Source of the DNA: Squalus acanthias
Lineage: Eukaryota
DNA length: 64,000 nt
Direction: 5' to 3'
Assembly (NCBI GenBank): GCA_030390025.1
Contig: CM059431.1
Location: forward strand, 146,756,001-146,820,000
Part shown: piece after piece, positions 49,425-62,205 of the stretch
How the letters are laid out: each line of letters begins with the position of its first letter
Numbering within the stretch: the first letter of the stretch is position 1
Program-made: the position numbers and the translations under genes
Notes under the pieces: model-generated
Told to the model about the DNA's origin: nothing
Databases searched by the model: none
What the model saw: only the letters and a program-made list of their open reading frames with translations

Positions 49425-52400
49425 ACCACTAACCCCATGCCCCGCTGGCCCAGCCACATACACCACACTGACCCATCTCCAAACCCACTCACCCAGAATT
49501 ACACCCTACTCACACAGCCCCAAACACCAATGAACTAGCCCCACAACCCACTGAAAAAGCCCTAACACCATACTGACCCAGCCCCACCACTGAGTGAAAA
49601 CCACACCCACATCCCAGTTAGCCAGTCCCACAGCCCACTGACTGAGCCCAGCAAACACACACCACTGAATCTACCACACACCCTACTGACCCAGATGCAC
49701 ACCCCACTGATTGAAGCCCGCACCCCACTGAATCGGCCTCAAAACCACTGACTAAGCCCCGCGCCCCACTGACCCAGTCTCACAGCCGACTGACCCCGCC
49801 CCACAACCCACTGACCCAGCCCCACACCCCACTGACCCAGCCACACAGCCCACTGAAACATCACCACACCACACTGACCCAGCCCCACACACCACTGACC
49901 CAGCCCCGCACCCCACTGACCAAGACCCACACCCCACTGACCCAGCCCCACACCCCACTGAGCCAGCCCCACACCCCACTGACCCAGCCCCACTCACCAC
50001 TGACCCAACTGCACAACCCACTGACCCAGCCCCACATCCCACTTACCCAGCCCCACACACCACTGACCCAGCCCCACACCCCACTGAACCAGCCCAACAC
50101 CCCACTGACACAGCCCCACACCCCACTGACCCAGCCCCACTCACCACTGACCCAACTGCAGTCACCACTGACCCAGCCCCACAACCCACTGACCCAGCCC
50201 CGCACACCACTGACACAACCCACACCCTACTGACCAAGAGCCCACACACCACTGACACAACCCAAACCCCACTGACACAACCCACACCCCACTGAGCCAG
50301 CCCTAAACCTCACTGATCCTTTCCCAAACAGCACTTAACCATCCCACACCCAGCTGAATCAGCAACGCACCGACACTCCACTGACCAGCTCCACGTCCCA
50401 GCAGCTCAGCCCCACTCAAATTCCACACTGAAACAGCCCCAAACCCCACTGACTCAGCCCCGCACTCCCACTGACCCAGACTCGCACCCCACTGACACAG
50501 ACCCACACCTCACTGACACAGCCCCACACCCCACTGACCCAGCCCCACGCCCCACTGAACCAGTGACACACCCCACTGACCCAGCACCACACCCCACTGA
50601 CTCAGCCCCGCACTCCCACTGACCAAGACTCGCACACCACTGACACAACCCCACACCCCACTGACCCAACCCCACACCCCACTGACCCAGTCCCAAACCC
50701 CACTGACCCAGCACCGCACCCCGCTGTCCCAGTCACACACCCCACTGACCCAGCCCCACACCGCACTGACTCAGCCCCGCACTCCCACTGACCCAGCCCC
50801 ACAATCCACTGACCCAGCCCCACGTCCCACAGACCCAGCACCACACCCATTAGATCCAGCCCCACACCCCACTGACTCAGCCCCATACCCCACTGACCAA
50901 GCCCAACACCCCACTTACCCAGCACCACACACCACTGACCCAGCCCCACACACCACAGACCCAGCACCACACCCCACTGACCCAGCCCCACACCTCACTG
51001 ACCCAGCCCCACACCCCACTGACCCAGGCCCATACCACACTGACCCAGCCCCACACCCCACTGACCCAGCCCCACACCCCACTAACACAGCCCCACACCC
51101 CACTGACCCAGCCCCACACCCCACCCCACCCCACGGACACAGCACCTCACCCACTGACCCAGCCCCACACCCCACTGATCCCAGCCCCACACCCCACTGA
51201 CCCAGCCCCGCTCAGACTCCCCACTAACACAGCCCCACACCCCACTGACCAAGCCCCGCACCCCAGTGACACAGCCCCACACCCCACTGACCCAGCCACA
51301 CACCACATTGACTCAGCCCCGCACCCCACTGATCAAGCCCCGCACCCCACTGATCCAGACCAGCACCCCACTGTCCCAGCATCGCACCGACTCCCCACTG
51401 ACCCAGCCACACACCCACTGACCCGACCCTCACCCACTGACCCAGCCCCACACCCCACTGACCCAGCCCCACACCCCACATCCCACTGACTCAGCCCCAC
51501 ACGCCACTGACCAAACCCCACACCCACACCCCACTGACCAGGCCCCACACCCCACTGACCCAGCCCCACACCCCACTGACACAGTCCCATACCCCTCTGA
51601 CACTGCCCCACACCCCACTGACCCAGCCCCACACCACACTGACCCAGCCCCACACACCACTGACCCAGCCCCACACCTCACTGACCCAGCCCCGCACCCC
51701 ACTGTCCCTGCCCCGCACCCCACTGACCCAGCCCCACACCGCACTGACTCGACCCTCACCAACTGACCCAGTCCCACACCCCACTGACCCAGCCCCACAC
51801 CCCACATCCCACTGACTCAGCCCCACACCCACACCCCACTGACCCAGCCCCACACCCCACACGCCACTGACCCAACCCCACACCCACACCCCACTGACCA
51901 GGCCCCACACCCCACTGACCAAGCCCCACACCCCACTGACACAGTCCCATACCCTTCTGACACTGCCCAACACCCCACTGACCCAGCCCCACACCACACT
52001 GACCCAGCCCCGCACCCCACTGACCCAGCCCCACACCCATACCCCACTGATCCAGCCGTACACCCCACTGACCCAGCCCCGTACCCACTGACCCAGCCCC
52101 ACACAACTCCCCACTGACCCAGCCCCGCAGCTCACTGACCCAGCCCCGCACCCACTGACCAAGCCCCACACCAACTCCCCACTGACCCTGCCCCGCACCC
52201 CAGTAACCCAGCCGCACACCCCAGTGACCCAGAGTCACACCCCACTGACACAGCCGTACACCCCACTGACCCAGCACCACACCTCACTGACTCAGCCCCA
52301 TACCCCACTGACCCAGCCACGCACCCCACTGACCAAGCCCCACACCCCACTGACCCAGCCCCACTCACCACTGACCCAACCGCACACCCCACTGACCCAG

Positions 52401-55072
52401 CCCCACCCCCCACTGACCCAGTCCCACTCACCACTGACCCAACCGCAGAACCCACTGACCCAGCCCCACACCCACACACCACTGACCAAGCCCCACACAC
52501 CACTGACCCAGCCCCACACCCCATTGACCACGCCCCGCACCCCACTGACCCAACCCACACCCAATGACCCAGCCCCACACCCACTGAACCCAGCCCCACA
52601 AACAACTGTCCCAGCCCCACACCCGATTAGCCCAGCTCCACACCCCACTGACCCAGCCGCACACCCCACTGACCCAGACCCACACCCCACTGACCCAGCC
52701 CCACACCCCACTGACCCAGCCCCGCACCCATACCCCACTGATCCAACCCCACACTCCACTGACCAAGCCCCGCACCCGCTGACCCAGCCCCACAACAACT
52801 ACCCAGTGACCCAGCCCCGCAGCTCACTGACCAAGCATCACACCCCACTGACCCAGCCCACCACCCCGGTGACCCAGACTCACACCACACTGACACAGCC
52901 GCACACCTCACTGATCCAGCCCCACACCCCACTGACACAGCCGCACACCCACATCCCACGGACCCAGCAACACACCCCACTGAGCCAGGCCCACACCCCA
53001 CTGACCCTGCCACGAACCCCACTGAACCAGCCCCACACCCCACGGACCAAGCCCCACACCCCACTGACCCAGGCCCACACCCCACTAACACAGCCCCGAA
53101 CCCCACTGACCAAGCCCCACACCCCACTGACCCAGCCCCACTCACCACTGACCCAACCGCAGAACCCACTGACTCAGCCCCACACCCCACTGACCCAGCC
53201 CCACACCCCACTGACCCAGCCCCACTCACCACTGTCCCAACCGCAGAACCCACTGACCCAGCCGCACACCCCACTGACCCAGCCCCACACCCCACTGACC
53301 CAGCCCCACACCCCACTGACCCAGCCCCACACCCCACTGTCCCAGCCCCGCACCCACTGACCCAGCCCCACACCCCACTGAACAAGCCCCACACCCCCAC
53401 TGATCCAGCCCAACACCCCACTGACCAAGCCCCACACACCACTGACCCAGCCCCACACCCCACTGAACCAGCCCCACACCCCATTGACCCCGCCCCACAC
53501 ACCACTGACCCAACCCACTAACCAATGACCCAGCCCCACACCCACTGAACCCAGCCCCACAAACAACTGTCCCAGCCCCACACCCGATTAGCCCAGCTCC
53601 ACACCCCACTGACCAAGCCCCACACCCCACTGACCCAGCCCCGCACCCATACCCCACTGATCCAACCCCACACACCACTGACCAAGCCCCGCACCCGCTG
53701 ACCCAGCCCCACAACAACTACCCAGTGACCCAGCCCCGCAGCTCACTGACCAAGCATCACACCCCACTGACCCAGCCCCGCACCCCGGTGACCCAGACTC
53801 ACACCACGCTGACACAGCCGCACACCCCACTGATCCAGCCCCACACCCCACTGACACAGCCCCACACCCACATCCCACGGACCCAGCAGCACACCCCACG
53901 GACCCAGGCCCACACCCCACTGACCCAGCCACGAACCCCACTGAATCAGCCCCACACCCCACGGACCAAGCCCCACACCCCACTGACCCAGGCCCACCCC
54001 CCACTAACACAGCCCCGAACCCCACTGACCAAGCTCCACACCCCACTGACCCTGCCCCACACCACACTGACCCAGCCATGCACCCCACTGACCCAGCCCC
54101 ACACCCACACCACACTGACCCAGCCCCACACCCCACTGACCCAGCCCCACTCACCACTGACCCAAACGCACACCACACTGACCCAAAAGCACACCCTACT
54201 GACCCAGCCCCACACCCCACTGACCCAGCACCACTCACCACTGACCCAACCGCAGAACCCACTGACTCAGCCCCACACCCCACTGACCCAGCCCCACACC
54301 CCACTGACCCAGCCCCACTCACCACTGACCCAACCGCAGAACCCACTGACCCAGCCGCACACCCCACTGACCCAGCCCCACACCCCACTGACCCAGCCCC
54401 ACACCCCACTGACCCAGCCCCACACCCCACTGTCCCAGCCCCACACCCCACTGTCCCAGCCCCGCACCCCACTGACCCAGCCCCACACCCCAGTGAACAA
54501 GCCCCACACCCCACTGATCCAGCCCAACACCCCACTGACCCTGCCCCACACCCCACTGACCAGACCCACATACCACTGCCCCAGCCCCACACCCCACTGA
54601 CACAGCCACAAACCCCACTGACCCAGCCCCAAACCCCACTGACCCCGCCCCACACCCCACTGACCCAGCCCTACACCCACTGACCCAGCCAGACCCCCAC
54701 TGACCCCGCCCCACACCCCACTGATCCAGCCCCACACCCCACTGACCCAGCCCCAGACCCCACTGACCCAGCCCATCACCCACACCCCGCGGACCCAGCC
54801 CCACACCCACACCCCACTGACCCAGCCCCAGACCCCACTGACCCAGTCCCAGACCCCACTGACCCAGCCCCACACCCACACCCCACTGACCCAGCCCCAC
54901 ACCCCACTGAGCCAGCCCCACACCCAAACCACACTGACCCAGCCCCACACCCACACCCCACTGACCCAGCCCCACACCCACACCCCACTGACCCAGCCCC
55001 AGACCCCACTGACCCTGCCCCAGACCCCACTGACCCAGCCCCACACCCACACCCCACTGACCCAGACCCCAG
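49425..55072. repeat. 5.6-kb C-rich minisatellite, ~21-bp unit CCCCACACCCCACTGACCCAG (G-rich on the minus, sense strand)
   Basis: Read directly. Internal ~0.92-0.96 kb duplication (markers at 52561/53522 and 52776/53695). Confidence 0.97.
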
Positions 55073-55887
55073 TAATGAGGAGTGAGAGGTTAAACACCAA
55101 ATTGAAAGTCCTCTTTTTGAAGTTTGATTTTTAATAGAAAGTGTTTGTGACAAAGGAGCAGGGCAGCAGTAATTGTGACGCTTGAAGAAAGTGTGCATTT
55201 ATTTACATCGGTTCCTGGCGAATCTACATTGCTTTGCTCATACTTGGACAGATGGACTGGATAATGTTCTCACTGCGTTTATTGAAACAGGTGAGAATGG
55301 CAGGCGGCCATGTGTGAATGTTCACTACAGCGCCATCAGTGCTGGGAGGGCTGGACAAGTGAACAATATTCCCTTTTATAAAAGGAATTGAAACAGGCGT
55401 TATCAATAAAGAAAGTGTTATTAAACCATGGCAGCGGGAAACCTTATGAATTATATGTATCTATACAACCTGCTGTGTTATAATGCTATTTTTCTGGTTT
55501 AGCATAAATTGTTTTAAATTGTTTTCCCCGTATACAGAAGATGTTGCTGCTACTGGGCTGCTGAATACACAGATAGGAATTTACAGTGAATCGAGGCGAG
55601 TTCTGGTAATTGGAGAGGGAAGGGTTGAGAGTGCTGGGGCAACAGTTAATACAAGTCTAACGTTAGAGTAATGACATAAATCAGTTAGTAGGCTTATCAT
55701 GGGTTTCCGTGTGAGGTGGTTGAAGTTCTTCCTACAATGCAGCTGTTATGGGGTTATATTTCTGCGACCTCTCCCCACTCACTGCTTGCCTGGATATCTT
55801 CCTGACTAAGTGAATGGGCAGAGTTTTGCTGCAAATGGTTGAAATGTTCAGAAATATTTCATTTGTAGTGAGTTTCATTCTACTAAC

Positions 55888-56431
55888 CTGTTTTTTGATC
55901 AAAGCTTGGAACATTCACGTTTAATAAATCTCTGGGAGAAGGTGTCGCTTCACTTGTACCAGTTCCTGCGGCCTGATCACCTTCCCCAGGAGCAGGGCCT
56001 TGAATCTGACTCTTTTCACATGTACCGGTTCCTGGGGCCTGATCATCTTCTCCAGGAGCAGGGCCTTGAATCTGACTCTGTTCACTTGTACCGGATCCTG
56101 CGGCCTGATCACCTTCCCCAGGAGCAGGGCCTTGAATCTGACTCTGTTCACTTGTTCCTGTTGTCAGAATATTTGTGAATGTAGCAATTGCAGCAGACTG
56201 ACTCTGCTCACTTGGAGAGCTTCCTGGAGTCTGACTGCGCGAACTGTCGACTGGTTCTGCTGCCTGAGTCCATTCACTGGCAGAGATTTCTGGGAACTGG
56301 ACACTTGTATCTGTCGCCCTCCTTTCATTGACGCTGCCTACTGTGGCCTGATTCTTCCAGCTCCCTGAAACTCGACTCCGTTTCTTCGACTTTTTGGAAC
56401 ATCGACATTGTTTGCATAATAAGTGCCCCAT
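55888..56431 (-). CDS. NLR gene, putative first coding exon (lipidation-type N-terminus plus S/Q/G/P-rich repeat linker)
   Basis: Acceptor tttttcag at 56449-56456, gagATGG start, donor ACAG|gttagt (phase 1) in frame with the next exon. 181-codon open frame between two repeat arrays. Confidence 0.65.
55949..56160 (-). repeat. Coding 66-bp (22-aa) tandem repeat, 3+ units
   Basis: Unit starts at 55949, 56015, 56081 and 56147; encodes GTSEQSQIQGPAPGEGDQAAG(S/T). Confidence 0.92.
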
Positions 56432-56544
56432 CTCAGTTGAGTGGTTACCTGAAAAAAATGTAATTCCAGGTAAGAGCAGTGTATACTAGAAACACTAAGA
56501 TCTGTAGATTACAGATCAGGAAATACAGTTGCGCTGATTGTTAC

Positions 56545-59500
56545 TCAGGGTGAGTGCGGTTGGGTCAGGGGTGAGTGCGGGACGTGTTGTTGGGTCTGGG
56601 TGAGTGCGGGACGTGTGGGTGGGTCAGGGTGAGTGCAGGACGTGCGGGTGGGTCAGGGTGAGTGCAGAACGTGCGGATGGGTCAGGGTGAGTGCGGGACG
56701 CGTGGGTGGGTCAGGGTGAGTGCGGTACGTGCGGATGGTTCAGGGTGAGTGCGGGACGTGTGGGTGGGTCAGGGTGAGTGCGTTACGTGCGTGTGGGTCA
56801 GGGTGAGTGCGGGACGTGTGGGTGGGTCAGGGTGAGAGCGGGACGTGCGGATGGTTCAGGGTGAGTACGGGACGTGTGGGTGGGTCAGGGTGAGTGCGGG
56901 ACGTGCGGGTGGGTCAGGGTGAGTGCGGGACGTGTGGGTGGGTCAGGGTGAGTGCGCGACGTGCGGGTGGGTCAGGGTGAGTGCGGTACGTGCGTGTGGG
57001 TCAGGGTGAGTGCGGGACGTGTGGGTGGGTCAGGGTGAGTGCGGGACGTGCGGATGGTTCAGGGTGAGTACGGGACGTGTGAGTGGGTCAGGGTGAGTGC
57101 GGGACGTGCGGGTGGGTCAGGGTGAGTGCGGTACGTGCGGGTGGGTCAGGGTGAGTGCGTGACGTGCGGGTGGGTCAGGGTGAGTGCGGGACGTGTGCGT
57201 GGGTCAGGGTGAGTGTGGGACATCCAGATGGTTCAGGTTGAGTGTGGGACGTGTGGTTGGGTCAGGGTGAGTGAGGGACGTGCGGGTGGGTCAGGGTGAG
57301 TGAGGGACGTGCGGGTGGGTCAGAGGGTGAGTGCGGGATGTGTGGGTGGGTCAGGGTGAGTGAGGGACGTGCGGAAGGGTCAGGGGGTGAACACGGGACG
57401 TGGGGGTGAGTCAGGGTGAGTGCGGGACGTGCTGGTGGGTCAGGGTGAGTGTGGGAGTTTCAGGGTGAGTGCGGGACGTGCGGGTGGGTCAGGGTGAGTG
57501 TGGGTGAGTCAGGGTGAGTGTGGGTGAGTCAGGGTGAGTGCGGGACGTGCTGGTGAGACAGGGTGAGTGTGGGTGAGTCAGGGTGAGTGCGGGACGTGAG
57601 GGTGGGTCAGGGTGAGTGTGGGTGAGTCAGGGTGAGTGTGGGTGAGTCAGGGTAAGTGCGGGACGTGCGGGTGAGTCAGGGTGAGTGTGGGTGAGTCAGG
57701 GTGAGTGCGGTACGTGCGGGTGAGTCAGGGTGAGTGTGGGTGAGTCAGGGTAAGTGCGGGACGTGCGGGTGGATCAGGGTGAGTGAGGGACGTACGTGTG
57801 GGTCAGGTTGATTGCGGGTCATGCGGGTGGGTCAAGGATAGTGCGTGACGTGTGGATGGTTCAAGGTGAGTGCGGGAGTGTCAGGGTGAGTGCGGGATGT
57901 GCGGTGGGTCAGGGTGAGTGCGGAAGTGTCAGGGTGAGTGCGGGATGCGCGGGTGGGTCAGGGTGACTGCAGGAGGGTCAGGGTGAGTGTGGAACGTGCG
58001 GGTGGATCAGGGTGAGTGCGGGACGTGCGGGTGGATCAGGGTGAGTGCGGGACGTGCGGGTGAGTCAGGGGGAGTGCGGGACGTGCGGGTGGGTCAGGGG
58101 GTGAGTGCGGGAGTGTCAGGGTGAGTGCGGGACGTGCGGGTGGGTCAGGGTGAGTGATGGACGTGAGGGTGGATCAGGGTGAGTGCGGGATGTGCGGGTG
58201 GATCAGGGTGAGTGCGGGTGGGTCAGGGTGAGTGCGGGACGTGCGAGTGGGTCAGGGTGAGTGCGGGAATTGCGGGTGGGTCAGAGTGAGTGCGAAACGT
58301 GCGGGATGGTCAGGGGTCGAGTCTGGGACGTGCGGGTGGGTCAGGGGTTGAGTGCGGGATGTGCGGGTGGGTCAGGGGTTGAGTGCGGGACGTGCGGATG
58401 GGTCAGGGTTTTAGTGCGGTATGTGCGGGTGGGTCAGGGGTTGATTGCAGGACGTGCGGGTTGGTCAGGGGCTGAGTGCGGGATGTGAGGAAGGGTCAGG
58501 CTGAGTGTGGCACTTGCGGGTGGGTCAGGGAGAGTGCGGGATGTCGGGGTGGGTCAGGGGTGAGTGCGGGACATGCGGGTGGGTCAGGGGGTGAGTGAGG
58601 GACGAGCGGGTGCATCAGGGGGTGAGTTCGGGATGTGCGGGTGGGTCAGGGGGTGAGTGTGCAATTTGCGGATGGGTCAGGGGGTGAGTGCGGGATGTGT
58701 GGATGGGTCAGGGTGAGTGCGGGACGTGTTGGTGGGTCAGGGTGAGTGCGGGATTTGCGGCAGGGTCAGGGTGAGTGCGGGATGTGCGAGTGGGTCAGGG
58801 GGTGAGTGCGGGACTTGCGGCAGGGTCAGGGATTGAGTGCGGGATGTGCGGATGGGTCAGGGGTGAGTGCGGGATGTGTGGGTGGGCAGGGGGTGAGTGC
58901 GGATCCTGTGGGTGGGTCAGGGTGAGTGCGGGACGTGCGGGTGGGTCAGGGGGTGAGTGCGGGATGTGCGGGTGGGTAAGAGTCAGTGCGGGATGTGCGG
59001 TTGTGTCAGGGTGAGTGCGGGACCTTTGGGTCTGTCAGGGTGAGTGCGGGATGTGCGGGTGGGTCAGGGTGTGTGCGGGACGTGCGGTTGGGTCAGGGTG
59101 AGTGCAGGACATACAGGTGGGTCAGGGTGAGTGCGGGACGTACAGGTGGGTCAGGGTGAGTGCGGGACATACAGGTGATTCAGGGTGAGTGCGGGATGTG
59201 CGGGTGGGTCAGGGTGAGTGCGGGACATACAGGTGAGTCAGGGTGAGTGCGGGATGTGCGGGTGGGTCAGGGTGAGTGCGGGATGCACAGGTGAGTCAGG
59301 GTGAGTGCGGGACCTACAGGTGGGTCAGGGTGAGTGCGGGACATACAGGTGGGTCAGGGTGAGTGCGGGATGCACAGGTGGGTCAGGGTAAGTGCGGGAC
59401 GCACAGGTGGGTCAGGGTGAGTGCGGGATGTGCGGGTTAGTCAGGGTGAGTGCGGGATGTGCGGGTGAGTCAGGGTGAGTGCAGGATGTGCGGGTGAGTC

Positions 59501-60023
59501 AGGGTGAGTGCGGACATACAGGTGGGTCAGGGTGAGTGCGGGACGCACAGGTGGGTCAGGGTGAGTGCCAGACGCACAGGTGGGTCAGGGTGAGTGCGGG
59601 ACGCACAGGTGGGTCAGGGTGAGTGCGGGACGCACAAGTGAGTCAGGGTGAGTGCGGGATGTGCGGGTGAGTCAGGGTGAGTGCGGGACGTACAGGTGGG
59701 TCAGGGTGAGTGCGGGACGCACAGGTGGGTCAGGGTGAGTGCGGGACATACAGGTGGGTCAGGGTGAGTGCGGGACTTGCGGGTGGGTCAGGGTGAGTGC
59801 GGGACGTGCGGGTGGGTCAGGGTGAGGGCGGGACGTGCGAGTGGGTCAGGGTGAGTGCGGGACGTGCGGGTGGGTCAGGGTGAGGGCGGGACGTACAGGT
59901 GGGTCAGGGTGAGTGCGGGACGTACAGGTGGGTCAGAGTGAGTGCGGGACGTGCGGGTGGGTCAGGGTGAGGGCGGGACGTGCGGGTGGGTCAGGGTGAG
60001 GGCGGGACGTGCGAGTGGATCAG
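56545..60023. repeat. 3.5-kb G-rich minisatellite, ~29-bp unit GGGTGAGTGCGGGACGTGCGGGTGGGTCA (~120 units)
   Basis: Read directly; four GGG tracts per unit. Confidence 0.97.
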
Positions 60024-60029
60024 TACTTA

Positions 60030-62205
60030 GGAACATAAGAATATAAGAATTATGAGCAGGTGTAGGCCATGCGGCCCCTCGAGCCTGCTCCGCCATTCAA
60101 TAAGATCATGGCTGATCTTCGAGCACAACTTCACTTTCCTGCACTATGCCCATATCCCTTGATTCCTATGTAGTCCAAAAAATCTATCTATCTTATCCTG
60201 GAATATACTCACCGACTGAACAGCCACCGCACTTTGGGGCAGAGAATGGGGTCAGCTGGGCCGGCCCAACTTGTCAAAAAGGAGGATTCCCAGTATGCTT
60301 ATGACGATACCATTTACGTACGGAATCTTCATAGGCATAACATGAATCCCATAAAAAAAACATTTTTAAAACACTGAAATTAATAAAAAATTACATGTTT
60401 AAAATTAATTAAAATATAATGAATTAAATATTTAAAACATATATATTTTTTAAAATACATTTAAACATTTTTCAAGGTGCCAAAAATAACCTAAACTTAT
60501 TTTACAGGTTTTTTTAAGTTTAAATGATTTTTTAAAATATTTTAATATTTATTTAAACCCTTACGCTGGTAAAAACCGACCTTACCCCTGTTTTTACCAG
60601 ACATAAGAATTTCACGGGCATTTGCTGGGCAGTAGTTGGGAAGTCGCCCAAAGCTGCGCCAGCGAATGTCACTATCCACTGGATGCATACGATCTGTCTA
60701 GCTGGTTCTTGCAGATCACAAGTTCCTGGTTTTCGTGCATGCGCGGGCCGATATGTTTCAATTAAATCCCCTCTCATTCTTCTAAACTCCAGAGAGTATA
60801 GGCCCAATCTACTCAATCTTTCCCCAGAGGACAACCCTCGAATCCCAGGAATCAATCTGGGGAACCTTTGTTGCACCGACTCTAGGGCAAGTATATCCTT
60901 CTTTAAATAAGGAGACCAAATTTGTGCACAGTACTCTAGGCGTGGACTCACACGAGCCTTCTACAATTGTAGAAATATCTCCTTACTACTGTACTCAAAA
61001 CTTCAAGCAATAAAGGCTAACATACCATTTGCCTTTCTAATTGCTTGCTGTACCTGCATGCTAACTCTCCATGTTTCTTGTACTTGGGCACCTAAATATT
61101 TGTGAACACCGATATTTAATAATTTCTCACCATTTAAAACTACTCTCTTTTTCTATTCTTCCTACGAAAGTGAATAACCTCACATTTCGCCACATTATTC
61201 TCCATCTGCCACCTTATTGCCCACTCACTTAACCTGTCTATATCCCTTTGCAGGCTCTTTGCCTCCTCCTCACACTATACTTTTTCACGTAGCTCTGTAT
61301 CGTCAGCAAACGTGTATACATTGCACTCGGTCCCTTCATCTAAGTCATTAATATAGATTGTAAATAGCTGAGGTCCAAGCACTGATCCTTGCAGCACCCC
61401 ACTACAAACAGCCTACCAATCTGAAAAATGACTGTTTTTTCCCTACTTTCTGTTTTCTGTCGATTAACCAATCCTTTATCCATGCTAATACATTACCCCC
61501 AACCCCTTAACTTTCTAAAAAAATCTTTTATGTGGCACCTTATCGAATGCCTTTTGGAAATACAAATACAGTACACCCACTGATTCCCCTTTATCTCCCC
61601 TGTTTGTTACATCCTCAAAAAACTCTAATAAATGTGTTAAGCACTATTTCCCTTTCATAAAACCATGTTGAATCTGCCTAATCATGTTATGATTTTCTAA
61701 GTACCCTGCTACCACTTCTTTAATAATGGATTCCAGCATTTTCACGACGACTGATATCAGGCTAGCTGGCCTGCTATTCCCTGTTCCTTGTTTTCTCTCT
61801 CCATCCTTTCTTGAATTGCATGGTTTTATTTGCTACCTTCCAATCTACTGGGACCGTTCCTGATTCAAGCGAATTTTGGAAGATCACAACCAATGCATCC
61901 ACTATCTGTTCAGCCAGCTCTTTTAGAACCCTAGGATGTAGGCCATCAGGTCCAAGGGCTTTTAGCCCCATTAGGTTCTCAAGTACTTTTTCTCTACTGA
62001 TATTATTTACTTTAAGTTTCTCGCTCTCATTAGCCCATTGGTTCGCCACTATTTTGGTTTACTTTCCGTGTCTTCTTCTGTGAAGACAGATACAACATAT
62101 TAGTTTAAAGTCTCTGCCATTTCCTTGTTCCCCAATACAATTTATCCTGCCTTCGCCTCTAAGTGTTCAACGCCTACTTTAGCTGCTCTCTTCCTTTTTA
62201 CAGGG
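60030..62205 (-). mobile_element. CR1 LINE 3' portion, decayed, with an unrelated insert at ~60248-60750
   Basis: Tail gaacataagaatataagaa. Peptides PRLEYCAQIWSPYLKKDILALESVQ and GPDGLHPRVLKEL...DWKVAN. Confidence 0.88.

Noticed and set aside
49739..55198. Gly/Trp/Val-rich and Pro/Thr/His-rich (mucin- or extensin-like) ORFs
   Set aside because: These are translations of the minisatellite in overlapping frames with frequent indels.
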